A DNA stretch of 64,000 nucleotides from Tubiluchus corallicola. Taxonomy: Eukaryota; Animalia; Priapulida. The DNA lies in NCBI GenBank assembly GCA_030141605.1, contig JAQGDQ010000024.1, positions 248,001-312,000 of the forward strand, written 5' to 3'. Of the stretch, positions 62,994-64,000 are shown in pieces (position 1 is the first letter of the stretch; the number at the start of each line of letters is the position of its first letter). Made by a program: the position numbers and the translations under genes. The notes under the pieces were generated by a model. The model was not told where the DNA came from and did not search any database. It was given only the letters and a program-made list of their open reading frames with translations.

Positions 62994-63443
62994 CTAAAAA
63001 GTAAACATAATGATCAGTATTTATTCACTGCAATAATGACTGTGATGGCAATAATAATGAAAAGATAACAGTTAACAGTTAGTAAGTGAGATCCATTTTT
63101 CCAACTCTAAGTTTACAAGAACTAAGTAGCTCAAAAATGATTTATTAAGCTATACTGAAAAGGTAGAGCCTGCATTTAATCAAATTTATTTTAATTAATT
63201 AGCTAGTACTGATTATAATAAGCAAAATAAACTGTATGCAGACTGAGTGACATCATCTCTGTTTTTAAATATAAACCTGGTAATATTGGAATGGACAGGT
63301 AATGATTTTGTATCTCCATTATTGTTAAAAAATTTTATATAGTGGATTCTACCTTGCACTAAGCACAACTGAAGATGATGCTAATGTGGACCCAACTTCT
63401 CTTAAGTGAAACAATGTGTGGAACTTTATTTTGAATAAATTGT

Positions 63444-63959
63444 TAGTTATGCACCAAATCCACTTTTACCGGATCTGGATCATAGCAACAGCATCCAGGT
63501 ATCATCTGCCAAATCCATGTAGTACCTTTAATCCAGACTTTGTATGGTTTTACTTTAACTTAATAATTTTTGGGCTTCGTCGTTACACGTAATTATTTTT
63601 CTACAGTTTGCATAACATTAAAGTTCTAAAACCTAAAAACATTTATAAATTGTGTATGTGTCATTAATCAGGGTAAATGTATCCATGCTCAGAGAATCTA
63701 AATTTTATTAACACAATTTTGTAGGTGAAAAAGTTAAACTTTAAGGCTGTAGTTTGCTAAACTGTCTAGCTAATTTTACTATCTTAGTAATAAAGCTGTT
63801 TAAACCTCTGAACAAAGAACACATTAGTGTACAAAAGTAAAATACACAGTCAAAAATATCAGTTCGAATCTACCGGATATCATTTATTGAATCCGGTTCG
63901 GATTTGAATCACTAAATCCGGCCAAAGATCGTGCCGAATTCGGATCCGGTACATCATTA
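63444..63959. mobile_element. Old hAT-type MITE, 516 bp
   Basis: Degenerate TIRs TAGTTATGCACCAAATCC / GGATCCGGTACATCATTA (13/18), subterminal CCGGAT/ATCCGG repeats, 8-bp flanks TAAATTGT / TAAATTGA (7/8). Confidence 0.75.
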
Positions 63960-64000
63960 TAAATTGATAACAGTAGCCACAATTCAGAGTCATACAGACA

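Noticed and set aside
63350-63632. Further upstream Ig exon
   Set aside because: Stops in the candidate frames, no Ig motif, and it overlaps the hAT MITE.

Overview
AT-rich animal (invertebrate) nuclear DNA with GT-AG introns; nothing prokaryotic (no operons, CRISPR or rRNA). Left to right: an RTE LINE scrap; a single-coding-exon, probably GPI-anchored LRR gene (+); a 5'-truncated L1/Tx1 LINE with a 14-bp target-site duplication; an intronless Reeler-DOMON (FRRS1-like) gene (-) with an intact Reeler half and a decayed DOMON half; a restriction-like-endonuclease retrotransposon scrap; a Lys/Arg-rich 17-aa-repeat ORF ending in a CaaX-like motif (+); tRNA-Glu(CTC); a 5-coding-exon SLC16/MCT transporter (+) with candidate alternative first exons; a 9-coding-exon ZP-domain (cuticlin-like) membrane protein with a Gly/Tyr/His-rich N-terminus (-); an MS4A/CD20-like tetraspan gene (-); and the 3' part of an Ig-superfamily (Fasciclin-3-like) receptor (-). 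Several MITEs, a SINE and microsatellites are interspersed. All exon models were built by hand from splice signals and phase continuity; family calls come from recalled motifs, not database searches. I see no clear multi-gene novel system. The best leads are the basic repeat/CaaX ORF, the half-decayed Reeler-DOMON gene and the Gly/Tyr/His-ZP protein.
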